Below are positions 25,310 through 39,833 of a DNA stretch of 64,000 nt, in pieces (position 1 is the stretch's first letter; each line of letters opens with the position of its first letter). The position numbers and the translations under genes were made by a program. The DNA is from Octopus sinensis (taxonomy: Eukaryota), in NCBI RefSeq assembly GCF_006345805.1, contig NC_043008.1, forward strand, positions 2,108,001 to 2,172,000. The letters run 5' to 3'. The notes under the pieces were generated by a model, which was not told where the DNA came from, did no database searches, and saw only the letters and a program-made list of their open reading frames with translations.

Positions 25310-26025
25310 GTATGCGTATGTGCGTACGTACACGTGCAGGGAGCGAGTTCCAAATGATTATGTTTATGTTGTAAAACAGGTACCTAAAACCTCACTATCT
25401 CTGTGAATATATACGTACTTGCTGCAATACATCCCGATAAACGAAGGTATTCAATAACCTGACACATTTAGCCCTTAGTGCTATTCGTCATAAAATCCCC
25501 ATTAATATTTATAGGTTTGCCAATCCATTGTACTGCACTTCAGATTTTTTAAACTCACTAGATGGCCCAGTTCTGCGACAAACATTTTGAAATCCTTTGT
25601 TTAGCTTCATAATCCTCAAATAAAAATATGTTATTATTTATAGATTTTATATGGCAATGAATTTATATGTAGAAAACCGAAACATAAGGTCATGGTTTTT
25701 GATCACTGTTTTTAAGTTTCCATTATAATGCGAGGTGAATAGTTGAAATTATTGGCCCCAAGTATCTCTGTTATTTATTTTCATTAAACCCGATGAATGA
25801 AAGACAATTTTTAATACAAATATAGTGGAATTTAAAAACGAACACAGAAGATAACACCGTCGGGGAAGCTGCTAGTTTGTAAGGTTTAGTTACCTATACA
25901 TAGTAGTATTATAAAATACACAAAAGTACAACATTAACCAAACTTGCTTCACAATAGAAGGCATTGTAGAAATTATGTTCAGAAAATCAATTAACACATG
26001 CTTATTTACAAAATGTGGTTGAATA

Positions 26026-26070
<45 letters not shown>

Positions 26071-26418
26071 CTATTGTATGTTAACGTATCTCTAAATAGA
26101 TGTGCGTCTTTGTGTGTATATGTCTGCGTCTGTGTATAAATAATCTAAACATATTTTCATTATCCAAACGCTGAAATTAACTACTCCAATGTACTGTGAC
26201 AAATAGACCAATTTCCTATTAGGAGCCACGTCTTTGACTCTGCATGGATCAATTTGTTCCCCAGTTTGGCTGTTCCTATAAGAAGTCGCTGTAGATTGCT
26301 TCCCACTTTGAGGAATTTTTGTCTTCGATGATGAATTCTAATTCTTTAAAAAGAAGACGTTTTTTTTTTCTATTCAGATTTCTTTATATACACAAAAAAA
26401 ATTATACACACACACACA

Positions 26419-26452
<34 letters not shown>

Positions 26453-26610
26453 TGTATATATACATACAGATGTAGGTACGTACATATATGTATGTATGTA
26501 TGCATATATTTTATTTATTAAATTGTTATTATATGACTGAGCGCCCTCGCATCGTTTCGTTTCTTTCCTCCAAGTAAGTTTTTATATATATATATATATT
26601 ATATATATAT

Positions 26611-26661
<51 letters not shown>

Positions 26662-26753
26662 TTATATATAGGGTAGTAAAAAATTCAATAGAAATTTTTT
26701 CGCCACCAGCGGTCTAGTGAGAAAGAGAAAATGCTGAATATATATATATACAT

Positions 26754-26789
<36 letters not shown>

Positions 26790-27054
26790 GTGTGAGTGTG
26801 TAAACTTGTGCGTATACGAATGTTGAAAGAGAAGTAATATAAATGTAGGCATAACATTTCTTTTATATATTTTCCTTCATATGTCGTGTAAATTGGTCAT
26901 ATTTAGAAGATTATTTGTTTGAAATTTTCACAAAAAGATAAATATTAGTTTCATAGAAATGTGTGTAAAGTATCTAGTATCAACATTGTGTTAAGATTCT
27001 ATAATAATTATTACAGCACATTTGTTCTTTCTGACCCTTATATTATGGCGGCAA

Positions 27055-27172
27055 CTGGTCAGCCCGAGGCTATAGTTGAAGACACTTGCCCAAGGTGCCA
27101 CGTAGTGGGACTGAACCCAGAACCATGTGATTGATAAGCAAGCTACTTACCACACATACACTCCTGCACCTA
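27055..27172 (-). mobile_element. SINE family A head + CORE-like segment
   Basis: cccgaggctatagttgaagacacttgcccaaggtgccacgtagtgggactgaacccagaaccatg...ctcctgcacc is the antisense of the family A head. Confidence 0.9.
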
Positions 27173-28189
27173 TACAAGGTACCAGCTCATAAAAATGCGG
27201 TTCCATTCACAGGTATTAACACACTCCGTGAATGATCATATTTTTATATAAAGCAGTTCCCCCCCCCATACAAATGTAACACCTACAAATTATAGTGCAA
27301 ATCAGTAACAAACTTAATGATAAGCCTATATTTAGCACACACACACACATATATATATGTATACGTCTTTGTGTATATGTATGGGTGTGTGTGTTTGTGT
27401 GTGTTCATACTCCTACACAAGCAGCTGTAATTCGCAGCCACCGAACCTAAAACAACGCCAGATACGTTTGAGTTTATTGAATTTTATCTCTGGTTTCCTG
27501 CTATCATTATTTCCATTTGTTTACTTTTAATAAATATTTCTCCAATACCATTTTGTCTTTAGTGCCGTCTCTCTTCTCTTTATTTGTGTTGCTGCTGTTG
27601 TTGTTACTACTACTAATACCACCACCAGCACTACCACTACTACTACTACTGCTGCTACCACTACCACCATTATGATTACTATTATCTTTAGCATCATAAT
27701 CACCGTGATTCTTAAAATTACTTCGCTTTTCTTGTTGTGTTTTGTTATTCTTTGCATTGTGGAGAATGTCCTCTGAATATTTATACATATTTAGTTGAGA
27801 TTCTTATCAAACATTAGATTTCATTTTGTATTCGATAAATTTTCATCTGTGTATTTATTTTTGCCGCTGTAACGCATTTGGATGAAAGCAGGAGCGGGAG
27901 AGGGTAGATATGGAGAGAGAGGAAGAAAGACAGAGAGGGGGAAGAAAGAAAGAGATATAGGGGGAAGAAAGAAATATATAGAGAGAGAGCGGGAAGAAAG
28001 AGATAGATAGAGAGAGAGGGGAGGAAAGATAATTATTTTATTTCAAGTACTATTGTCCTACTTCCAAGTTTAAACCATTTTTCTTGATTCTGATGTTTGA
28101 ATTAATACTTACAAAATTTTCGAAGAATAAATTCATGTTTTCTTTTTGTCAATTCTCAACATTCAAGTTGTTATTTTTCTAATGTTCAC

Positions 28190-28235
<46 letters not shown>

Positions 28236-28321
28236 GTCATCTTTATCATAATCATCGCTATCATCATCATCATCATCATCATCATTATTTTTTATGTTAT
28301 TATTATTACTGTTATTGCTGA

Positions 28322-28358
<37 letters not shown>

Positions 28359-28380
28359 TAGTTTTATTTTTATTTTTATA
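28190..28380. repeat. (CAT)n then (ATT)n microsatellite; the latter reads (AAT)n on the minus strand, 3' of the LINE end
   Basis: Read directly. Confidence 0.9.
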
Positions 28381-28381
28381 G

Positions 28382-28587
28382 CGTGCTTTCACTTCACTAC
28401 CGAGCGCAGCTCTGTGTGCCTTGGGTATGTGCTGTGATTTGTTGTGATGCTCTGATGGTTATTGTATTGAAAATGTTTTTGAGTAGGATGTGTACAGTGC
28501 CCAGTAGTGCAATTTTCTGTATGTTATATGTGCTTGTAAGTCCTGGTGTTTTTGTTATGTATTTTTCTGAATATTTTTGTCATAGCT
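28382..28587 (-). mobile_element. R4/Dong-type LINE 3' end (C-terminus of REL-endonuclease ORF + 3' UTR), strongly 5'-truncated
   Basis: Minus strand encodes KYITKTPGLTSTYNIQKIALLGTVHIL (R4/Dong QK..LLGTA.ILR motif), followed by a UTR ending gtgaagtgaaagcacg and an A-rich/(AAT)n tail. Confidence 0.8.
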
Positions 28588-28855
<268 letters not shown>

Positions 28856-29899
28856 TTTCAGCAGGGACATCTGTTGGAAAAGTGCATGATTGTTGGCAGC
28901 TTGTAAATTTTGTTTGAATTTCCTTGTTTACAGTGCTTGTTATTAGAATTTTTGTTTGAGTATTTACGTATAAGTCAGCTTGCTTCTATGCAAGCGAGCT
29001 GGTTGAATGAAACGTTCCCTACATGAGGGAGAATTTTGAAATTTTGAAATATAAAATTGAAAATTTCACAATTCGAAATAAACACAAAAGCATAGCTTTC
29101 CAAAATCGAAGGAGGTTATGGCTGCTAAGACGACCAGAGAGAAAATATATGTTTTATTCCTTTAACAGCTTCGGCCGAAAGACAACATACAGTCAGCAGA
29201 AAAATAAAGACAGTATTAAGAACACCAACAACATCAGCTGCAATAACAAGAGCTAGAAAAGAGCAGTATTGATAAGGGTATGATCGCTACCTCTGACAAC
29301 ACCATCGTCAACATTATCTTCGCCAATACTATCACGGGCGGAAATTGCGTGAGTATAATTTCCAAACAAAATGGGAGCGGTTTCTCACAAGTTGGTCTTC
29401 ACTACAGAAAGTTAAGATGTCGGATAAAACGCTGATGTCAAATAACGCATAGGAAAGAATGGCAAATATTCTTTCGAACACACCAACTGAAATGCATGAA
29501 AGAGACAAAGATAAAAAAACAATTATCTACAAATGCGTTTCATTAAAAACTAAGGAGTCACGTGGGAGCTACGCATGCCAAAAATGAAAACTGCCTGAGG
29601 CTAATCTAGGGAATCGAGGAAAATGCTTTGTCGCAGTTGAGGTGAGATACACGACAGAAGAGGAAGCGAAGGGAAATGAATCCGGAAATTGCACTGAGAA
29701 AGACGGAAGAAGATTTTGCCCGGCGCTCGCGGTTCTGCATGCTCAGCGCCTTTTGGAAAAATAAAGATTTCAAATTTTGGTTTGTAATTTCGGGGAAGGA
29801 CATGTCGATTGCAACGATCCAAGATGCAACAATATATACTTTATCGACCATCAAAGCGTGAAGGAAAATTCAACCATGGCGGAAATTCAACTGCGAAAA

Positions 29900-30336
29900 A
29901 GAAGAAAGAGTATAAGAAGAAGAAGAAGAAAAAAGGAAGAAGTAGAAGGGGAAGAAGAAGAAGGTGAAGGAGAAGAAGTAGAAGAAGAAGAAGTAGAAGG
30001 AGAAGAAGAAGAAGTAGAAGGAGAAGAAGAAGAAGAAGAAGAAGAAGTAGAAGTAGAAGGAGAAGAAGAAGGAGAAGAAGAAGAAGGAGGAGAAGAAGAA
30101 GAAGAAGAAGAAGTAGAAGGAGAAGAAGAAGAAGGAGAAGAAGAAGAAGAAGAAGAAGAAGAAGAAAAAAAGGAAGAAGAAGTAGAAGGAGAAAAAGAAG
30201 AAGGAGAAGAGAAGAAGAAGAAGAAGAAGAAGAAGAAAAAAAAGGAAGAAGAAGAAGGAGAAGGAGAAGAAGAAGAAGAGGAAGAAGAAGAAGAAGAAAA
30301 AAAGGAAGAAGAAGAAGGAGAAGGAGAAGAAGAAGA

Positions 30337-30373
<37 letters not shown>

Positions 30374-30385
30374 AAAGAAGAAGAG
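29900..30385 (+). repeat. Degenerate (GAA)n tract with GTA/GGA variants and an internal 60-bp duplication
   Basis: Lines starting 30241 and 30301 are near-identical. Confidence 0.95.
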
Positions 30386-31481
30386 TAATGATAATAATAA
30401 TCATAGGAACTATGCCCAAATGCAGTACCAGGCAGTGGTTCTCAGCTTCTAATCTTAAATGTTTGTAAGTGATCTAATGCACAATTTTTGTCTTTTTATA
30501 GAAGATGGGCAACAGCAAATATTCCGCTCAGTACCAGAGATAATTAGTTGCTTAACTTTATCCAGTTAAGCAGTTCCCTTTGTTAATGATGATATGTGCA
30601 CCTCTGATCTCAAAGCATCATAACCATATGTCGAGAGGACTTCTTTAGAAACAGGGGTCTTTCGTTCAACATGCTTAACAACACAGATTCAGAGACCTTT
30701 TGACCAGGATGTTCAATCTTCACCGATGCGAAACTTTCTCCGAGTGAAAGGCAATTAGATTCACTGAAATGAAATTTAAGGCAAACATATTCATGGGTAT
30801 AATTAAAACTAATCAACTGATATCTTGACCATCACAATCATACATCAAATAATATGCATGTTACAATGTTTTCAGTAATAGTGAAAAGTAATTAAAGATT
30901 GTGCATTATCATTAAATACCTCCTGATGAACTTGGATAGAAAATCAAGAGACTTACTTATCAGTTGTTACTTATGTGATTAGAAATTAGAATATTCTAAA
31001 CGAGATACCTTTAAAGTGAAAAGATTATGTTAATGCAAGACGCTAAACATTTTCAAACGATTATATGCCTGCATATGGAAATTATAGTCCATCGATCTGT
31101 AAACTGAAACTGAAACAAAAAAAAAGTAGAGCCATCCGTTTTGAATTAATCAATAGAACATAATAACACAATAAACGAAAACTTATTTGATGACTGCTTA
31201 GCAAGAATGAACAATCTGAAAGAGAACTTCAACTTCACGAGATTTTTATTTATTTATTTCTGTGTTATTTAGCTTTTGTATCCTTTTATTCGATTCCACT
31301 CTCGTGTTGGAAACTTCCTATATATAGCCAGTAGAGACTAATCAATAGAGTACTCATGTCTATAAGAGCGAGTTGGAAGACTTCCAGTGTTTTCTTTTAT
31401 TAGATTGTATATTTATTTAGCTATATAAAGTGTGGCAAGTGGTTAAGCTGCTAGTTACATGTTTCATCTGTTCAAACGAAA

Positions 31482-31800
31482 CTACGAGGTGGGGTTGAAA
31501 AGTTCAAAAGCCATCTATGAAGGAATGATGCTAGGCCTGTGATATCTCGATGCATTAATTTCAACATTTCCTATTAATAAAAGCATTTTTTATTGTGTTT
31601 TGTTTTTGTTTTTTGTTTGTTTTGTTTTAGGTAAACTGACAGCTGATTGTTCAAAGAGAACTAGTACAGACTTGTCTTGAAAAGGAACAACATTTGGCAT
31701 CGTGGTTTTATGACGAACTTTCAGAAAAAGGTTTCAGAGCCGAAGGGCATTAATGTACATATAGTTGGTACATTAAAGGTTGACGATCCAGTCATATCGG
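31482..31800 (+). mobile_element. 5' fragment of a mariner element related to the 12.2-13.4 kb copy
   Basis: TIR tacgaggtggggttgaaaagttc; subterminal aggtaaactga...actagta shared with the antisense of 13250-13330; ORF NIWHRGFMTNFQKKVSEPKGINVHIVGTL (~MDKIWHRGVIKYLQKKGL.PKDIHADMV.TL). Confidence 0.75.
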
Positions 31801-32799
31801 TATGTATGTGTATGTGTGTCTGTGTGTCAGTGATTCTTCACGATGGACAACAGAAACGCTGCCTGTAAACAACTGTTGTCATCTTACCGACCCCGATTCT
31901 CCTTAAAGTTATGTATTCCTCGTACCCAGCTTAAGTTCCCTTCGTCGGCGTTTTAAAAGTTATTTATGTGCGCGCTAGTGTATGTGCGTGTGTGTGTGAG
32001 TGGGTATCCATGCATTTATGCATTTACAAAAGTACATATCTAGCGTCACTTGCATATCCCTGAATAAGAGCTGTATTAAAGTTAACGTCCTACTGGCACC
32101 CCATATTTGTCGCCTACACAACTTTGTTAACTCTTTCTCTGATAACAGTCACACTCATTATGCCACCACATCTCCCCCGCACTAAAACCCCTGTCGGCAC
32201 GAGATTCTTTTCCGAAATATATATTTTACAAAGTGACACACAATCACTGATCTCATAAATAGAACAAAATATTGTTTCTAAATCTGTGAACGAGAAACAT
32301 AAACTAACAGTACTTTAAAGTAAACAGTATTTGCCAACATAATGTGGTAGTCCTTATTAGGACGAATGTTACTGTTATTTAGCCACAGCAAACATGTATA
32401 TATGAATATATATATATATATATATGAATATATATATGTATGTATATATACATATATGCGTGTCTAAGCGTGTTTGCACACGTGTGTGAGAGCTTGTATA
32501 GATGCTCACACACTCTTATATATTGTTATTCAGAGAAAAAAGTTTGAGAGAGATTAATACCTCGATATTCGTAAATGTTCTCTATGCAGGGCAAATGAGT
32601 GCGAAAATATTATTTTTACTATTTACGTTTCATTCCATGCGACGTATCAACAAAGGTTTCGCAATACTTTGAAATTGTAATATTTTTCTAAATCACAATA
32701 CTGCAATTGGTTCTTAAACTATGTGACCCGATAAACGGGGAATATTATTTGGAGAGGAACTGATTCATTCTCATTAACGCTACGCTTCTATTTGCTCAG

Positions 32800-33000
32800 T
32801 TAGTGAGCTGGAAAGAATCGTTAATTGACGGCATTTATTTATGATCTTTATGATCACACTTCAAATTCCTCCGGGGTCGATTTTGTCTTTTATTCTTTCG
32901 AGGTCAATAACAACATACCAGATGAGCACTTGGGGCAATGTAATGAACTTTTGTCCCATTAATATTACTGGCCTTGTACCAAAATTAGAAAACATTATTA
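32800..33000 (+). mobile_element. SINE family B, diverged
   Basis: gtgagctggaaagaatcgtta...ttcaaattcctccggggtcgattttgtctttattctttcgaggtcaataa...ggccttgtaccaaaattagaaa. Confidence 0.7.
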
Positions 33001-34971
33001 TTGTATTCCAGTTTTGCTAGCGGTTGATTTCATCTCGAAATCGAATGCAAATATTCTGTGTGATATTGATTTCCTTAATCATTTCTTTTATGGAATAATG
33101 TGTTGAAAGTTATCTGATAATGAGTAGTGTTTAAAATAATATGGCATTCATTTGACCAAAGAATATAATTATGTTTTCATTAATATTTATTATAGATAAA
33201 TATTCACCTACAAACGTCATAAAACTGTAAATATGTTTAAGTGACACCCGAAAGCAAGACGTAATGATATCGCAAACATCGTTGGAATCCTTTTATTCAC
33301 AAGGTAAAAAATAAATTAATATCTGAAAATTTAAGAGACTTTTCAGTGGGAGTTATACCATATTTAACAGTAAAATGCACAGCGTAGTCTGAATTGTCGA
33401 AATATATATCATGGCATTTTGGTGTCATGATTAATAGAAAGGTAAGACACTTAATTGAAACCCGAATAAAATGCTCCTGTAATTTATCCAGAAGACAATT
33501 TATATTCACAAAGATAATAAAAACAAAATATTTCGTACAAACAGTAGATATTGTTTTCAAATAATGTCAAAGTACATAAATATTGGTGTGTGATAAATGG
33601 ATTCCATTTTCTCAAATGGTACATAATTTATTTTATCGAATTGCCGAAAAAATGTAAGACCAGATCAGCCCAGTACATTTTTACATTTCAAACGTAAAGA
33701 TGGAAGAAATATTGTTAAACATTTTATCAGTGTGTTACCGATTCTGCCAAGTTGTTCCTCACAAACACTAGCTATTGAATAATCACTTAAAGATTTTATT
33801 GAAATTCTATAAAATATTGCAGCTCCAATAAGTCGAGTTACTGTAAGAAAAGAGACATATAAAATCCACCATTTCTTTTCATGTTTTCGTCGTCTAATAC
33901 TATTCTGAAATACTACATTTATATAGATTAACCGCTGCCACAATTGTTTGTTAAGTTGCAATTAATTAAATAGTAATTATATCACAGTAACAATAAAATT
34001 AATGGTATTTCTTATTTCTATAGAAAGAATTGAAAGTGGGACTTCGAAAAATGTGCTTGTTTTATAACATTATGATAGTTCTAAAAATTAAATTGAGACC
34101 ATTACTATGGGATAGATAATTTATATGTATTCAGAATATCCCCATCAGAACAATGGGGCGTAAAACTTAAAAGCAAAAATGTTTTTTAAAATTTTGCAAG
34201 AACCTTAAAGCTTTAATTTTGATATTCACTTGTCTACAGCATTTGAGATCTATACTCATAGATTTATCTAACAGATAACAATAAAAAATACAAATGTTGT
34301 ATAATGTAGCGATGATGCTGATGATGATGATGAAAATATTCTTGATTAATATGCGCAACCTTAAAATAGTTTAAAGGAACTAACATTACTCTTCCCCATA
34401 AGCGTTCCGAATACTTTTGACTTTTTCAACATCTTCCTTACACTAGCTTCTTTCAACGTTAAATTCCAATTTGTGTTTCAAAAAGAAAAATGTGATATTG
34501 AATCATATTTTGTGACAAAATTTAGTTTGAAAGTAGTTTCGTTCATCTAAATAAATTTAAATGTTAAGCCTGCAGCCATATTTAAAGTTCTCGATTCTCA
34601 GCAGGAAACAAGTTGCACAATTTTCTTCATAATGAATTCTAAAGCCACTTGAATATGAAGAAAGAAAAAGAATATGAAGAAAGAAAAAAAATGATTATAA
34701 AAGGAAAACGATTTAAGAAAACATTAAGTAACTATATTCAGCTTTCACACATGCATACAGGAATTTCTGAAAGAGATTAACATGTCAAATTTATTTTATC
34801 AAAAAAGGAAAAAAAAATCCAAATTACTTGAGTAGTTCTTCTTCAATAAGTACTTGAGTTAAAACATACAAATCAATGCTACAGAATTCATGTGAATTTT
34901 CTTATGAATATATTTTCAAAATTTAATCAGATTTTAAGATGATAAAACATATAAATAAATAAATGATTATT

Positions 34972-35064
<93 letters not shown>

Positions 35065-36169
35065 GTTGCATAATATATTTGGAGGTATTTTACGTCATGA
35101 ATATATCTAAACCTACGTTCGAGCATGTTCTGTTAAAATTTAAGGCGTTGTAAAACCAGCTATTATCGTTTAGGCACTTTCTGTGGGAGACACTGTAGCG
35201 TTGAAATGCAGAAAGCTCTTTGTTTCTCAAAGCTAATTTGTTTTACGTGCTAATAGTATTTTTCGTAACATTATCCAGAGATAAATGCGAGTCATTTTGA
35301 CTGTGAACCATTTCAATTTTTAATTATTTAGCATATCGTTTGCTCAATATTTGTATGGTAATATATGTTGGATAGTTCGATATTTAGAGGCCTTTACAAG
35401 AATTATAAAAGCAGGAAATGTATGGAGAAGTTGCCATTCTAAAGGCAGTCGCTCAAGCATCAAATATAGATGAAAGCAATTAAGGTGATTTATGTTGCCC
35501 GAAGGTACAATGCAAACCCATTTATTTCACGTAATAGTGATAAGGGAATATCAGTTCTACAGAAGCATTGACAGAACTTAATTTAGCTACAAACCTAGAT
35601 TATTTTACAACCGGGATCACATCAATCAAATTCATTGTGACTATGTGAAAGTTAGCAGTGTATGTCATGAATGGAATATAGGCAACTGTACGGCTGAGCG
35701 CTAAAGAAATTCCCTTCGCAAATATGTGATTTTGCGTATGATCTCAATGAAAAGATTTCATGAAATAGTGTATACAATGCCATGATATTGACCAAAGATT
35801 TATACATGTCTTTAGTTCTCTGGATTCTGCTGAATGTTGTGTTAGTAGATACACAGCCTGAACATTGCTTGCAATTATTTTCGTGCAAATCATGGAAATT
35901 CTAAAGTGAGAATAGAGATATGGCGTGCAACGTTTAGAATGCTTCATTATTGAGATTCCAATAGCAACTCCCGCCTCACTACAGAGTGATCATGTTAAAC
36001 ATTGCTATCATTATTTCAGTATTATGTCACCAATTGTTGTGTAATTTGCAGAGGTTTGGGTATTTAACACAACAAATGAAACAGTTGTAATAGCTGTGTA
36101 GTTCGAAAATAGCATGACCCTTGAAAATGACTTCTTTTTCAATTTTTCTTCTTCCTGATTCTTTAGAAT

Positions 36170-36560
36170 GATAACATTAATTTACATGTCAATTCAAATG
36201 CTGTTTGGAGTAATCGTAATGGCAGTCTTTAATTATAATTTAGCAATGAATCTTCAGAAGCCATTTTTGATGATAATGAAGAATCTTGATAACCGTTTCA
36301 ATGTGTCCAGAACAATTTTTATAAAAATCGTGTATTTGTTGCTGGTGATATTTCGGTTTGATTCACTTCATGCACAATTAATATTATAATAGTGAGCAGG
36401 ATTTGTAAACAACCGGTCCCACTGTCTCATCAGGAAAAATAAAAATCATCTTGAATCGATCTCGTGCAACGAGTGCCTGAGACAAACAGTTATCAGTTTT
36501 TAGAACTCCTACAGTGTTAAATAGCCTCTTCTGACAGTATGGTGTCTTGGAATGACCTTT
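36170..36560 (+). mobile_element. Possible apurinic-endonuclease (LINE ORF2 N-terminal) relic
   Basis: Ordered fragments VIVMAV, NRVFVAGDIS (~IIAGDFN), IDLV and SSD (~SDH). Heavily decayed. Confidence 0.35.
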
Positions 36561-38113
36561 CGATATATAGATATATAAAACGGTATATGTACATATCTCT
36601 CTCATTCCCATCTCTCACCATCTCTCTCTCTCTCCTTATATATATGTATGCGTGTGTTTGTGTCTGTGTATGAGATATATGTGTGCGTATGTGTGTGCAT
36701 GAATATGTGCATGAATGTATGTGTGTGTGTGTGAGAGAGAGAGAGGAGGAGCGAGATAGAGAATGTGTGTGTGTTTGTAACTATGCACATTTTATCTGAT
36801 GATGCTATCGAATGTATCATTTCAAATTTTACTGTTTTTTTTTCTATGATCCTTATTTGGTATGGAAACTGATGCATTGGATGAAAAGGAAAAAGATTTT
36901 CCCTAGATTCTGACCATTCTTGTAACCATCTTCAGTTATGTAGTTTCTCACGTAGATTTTTGTTTTGCAATCATTTCGGATTTCCTTTCACGGTGTGGCT
37001 GATAAAGCTATCAAAATGCGAATGATATTCGAATAATATTCTTGAACCAAGCTTCCGACTTATCCCAACATCATTTCGATTGTATAGAATGCAACGCTCT
37101 TTTGGATGTCTTCGAATCAAGCACATTCTGAGTGACGAATTGAGATTATGACCTTGCACAAAATCAAATTCACTTATCTCATGCTTTCAACATTCTAAGC
37201 CATAATTACCATTTTTTAGAAAACAACTTAAATATGAACATTACACTCTGAGCAAGCATGTTAGAAGTTTAAATAACATTCAAGCTGTTAAAAAGAAAAC
37301 CATTTTTCAAAAGTTCCAAATTGCAGTATGTCACCGAATGACGATACATTATTTCTAATATTTATTTGCACAAAGAGTTCTTTCTTAGCGATTGATCAAA
37401 TGTCATGCCTCTCTATTCTAATAGTGATTTTTGTTTTTTTTTATGATCTCACTTCGATTTCGTAGTCATATTTCAACTGTTCTCTCACTGACAATCTTTC
37501 AAAATAAAATTCCACAAAATATGGATATTTGCATGGAGATTCAATGTGTGAAAGTTTCCTTTCTAAATTCTTTTTTGTCAATCAATAATTAATCAATGGC
37601 GAAATATAATATTAAAAAATATTCGTGTATTTTGCGTAATAGTTCTCCACAGCATTTTTTGGAATGCTAAATTTGCATAACCGCGAAGTCAATAGCCTAG
37701 CACCATAATTTTCAAGAATTTACATATTTAAGTTAACTATTCAATTGCCAATAATTAAAATGCAGATAAGCCTGCCTTAATATGAATAACTAGGGAAGAT
37801 GTACCCTCTGCCAATCTGTCTCTCAAAACAAAGGAATATTTGAAGGAAATTAAGAGATGATAGAATCAAGAAAGAGTTGAACCTAAACCACAGAGTGAAA
37901 ATTCTACAATGAAGCATTATGTATAATGGTTTCTGTGAAATATTTTGGATATGGTGGCTATATGGAATATATATACACTTCCTAGATATATATTTTACAT
38001 ACCCAAATGGAGGGATGAGGTACAAATGAATTCAGAACGTATATTTAAAAGTCTAGTTTATTCAACTAGATACACGAACGATTCCAACCAGCGTCGTTAT
38101 AATGATTATTATT

Positions 38114-38306
38114 CGGCGAGCTGGCAGAATTGTTAGCACGCCGGGTAAAATGCGGAGTGGCAGTTTGTCTGTCTTTATGTTCTAAGTTCAAATTCCACCG
38201 AGGACGACTTTGCCACCGGGGTCGATAAGTTAAGTACCAGTTGTGTAGTGGGGTCGATCTAATTGACCCTAACATTTTGGACCTCGTGCCTAGAGTAGAA
38301 ATGAAT
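38114..38306 (+). mobile_element. SINE family B copy with a short internal deletion
   Basis: ggcgagctggcagaattgttagcacgccggg...aagttcaaattccaccgaggacgactttgcc...ggggtcgataagttaagtaccagttg...cctcgtgcctagagtagaaa. Confidence 0.85.
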
Positions 38307-38809
38307 AGTTACTATGCAACTAAAACATATCCGTTTAAGGTACAAGAAACTGTTACACAATATTCTATGGAAAGACAGTTCCCTATGCGAATGAATGTGT
38401 CTGAGAAAATAGAAAAAAATATTTATATGACAAATGAGCGCTTTCTATACGCAAAACACTCAACGTATTCTGAGCTGAATTTTCTCAATATCATCTGAAA
38501 CTACACTCGTACATACAAGACATTCGAAAGTATAACACATGCCATGTTCCAAAAATAACTGACAGAAGTCATATAGTACACAATTGTTAGCAAAACATAA
38601 AACAGAGCAGAGGCAAGTCGAGTAATTACGTAACCGTCATCCGGCACTAAATCAATTAACACAATTCAATAAAGACGTGAAATTCAGAATCAGCACCAAA
38701 TGAAAAAAAGAAAAAAAACAAAGATGCAAGTAAAATCGAAAGAAAAAAAAAGAGACGTAACTCCGAAAGACCGGGTTGCACATGTTTAGCAGTAGAAACC
38801 ACATAAAAC

Positions 38810-38878
38810 ATAATAATAATGCTTGTAAGTACATGGATAATGAGGATTTATTTAATAATAATAATAATGATGATGATG

Positions 38879-38927
<49 letters not shown>

Positions 38928-39115
38928 TAATAATAATAATAGTAATAATAATAATAAAAATAACAACAACAATAATAATAAAAATAATAATAATAACAGC
39001 AACGACGGCGACCAAAACATCAACAATAACAAGAATAATACCAGCAATGCTACTGCTGATGATGATAAACATGATGATGTTGATGCTGATGATGATGATG
39101 TGGATGTTGATATTA
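38810..39115. repeat. (AAT)n/(GAT)n compound microsatellite
   Basis: Read directly; source of the poly-N and poly-I ORFs. Confidence 0.95.
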
Positions 39116-39545
39116 GTATTTTACACATTTATATTTCCAACCATTTGAAATACTAAGCTGAACTCCGTGCGTTTCGTATTAAGTATAAACTACTGAATAA
39201 TTAAATCAGTAGAAAGAAAGTGTTTTTTTTTTTCTTTTGAAATTGATGTCTGAACACAAAGAGCACCGACAAAAGCCAGCTAAGATGAAGAAGTGTGTGA
39301 AAGGGTTAAAACATTATAAAAAGGTGAAAAATATAATTATGCCTTCACATACGAGAAAGAAAATTAATTTTGTAAACAAAAACTAAATCTCAACATTGAA
39401 TCAACTTCAAAAACTTCTGTGATTGAGAAGCATAGTAAAATGGTTTTCGAACTTCAAAACAAAACTGTTCTATATATTTATTTTGTCTAATTTATTATTC
39501 TATTCTTTCTACAGAGATTTATCCGTTCTGATATATACACACGTA

Positions 39546-39639
<94 letters not shown>

Positions 39640-39754
39640 ATGTGTGTGTGTGTGTGTGAGTGTGCATTTGCATATATATAAATTACATACATATGCGTGG
39701 ATATATATGTATGTGTATGCAAATATATATATACATATATATATTATATATATA

Positions 39755-39833
<79 letters not shown>

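Noticed and set aside
26698-26720. CTCF-like motif cgccaccagcggtctagtg (also tggccacctggccg at 40427)
   Set aside because: Only a partial consensus match; not supportable without ChIP data.
30915-30950. cctgatgaacttggatagaaa hammerhead-like core (similar partial cores at 36807, 60065 and antisense 63117)
   Set aside because: No pairable stem II closed by G-C before GAAA, and no NUH or stem III; at most unidentifiable remnants.
33800-33835. LIGAAIFYRI resemblance to two-pore K+ channel TM1
   Set aside because: The upstream hydrophobic part is the polypyrimidine tract of a putative acceptor, and no pore (GYG/GFG) exon was found; family assignment unsupported.
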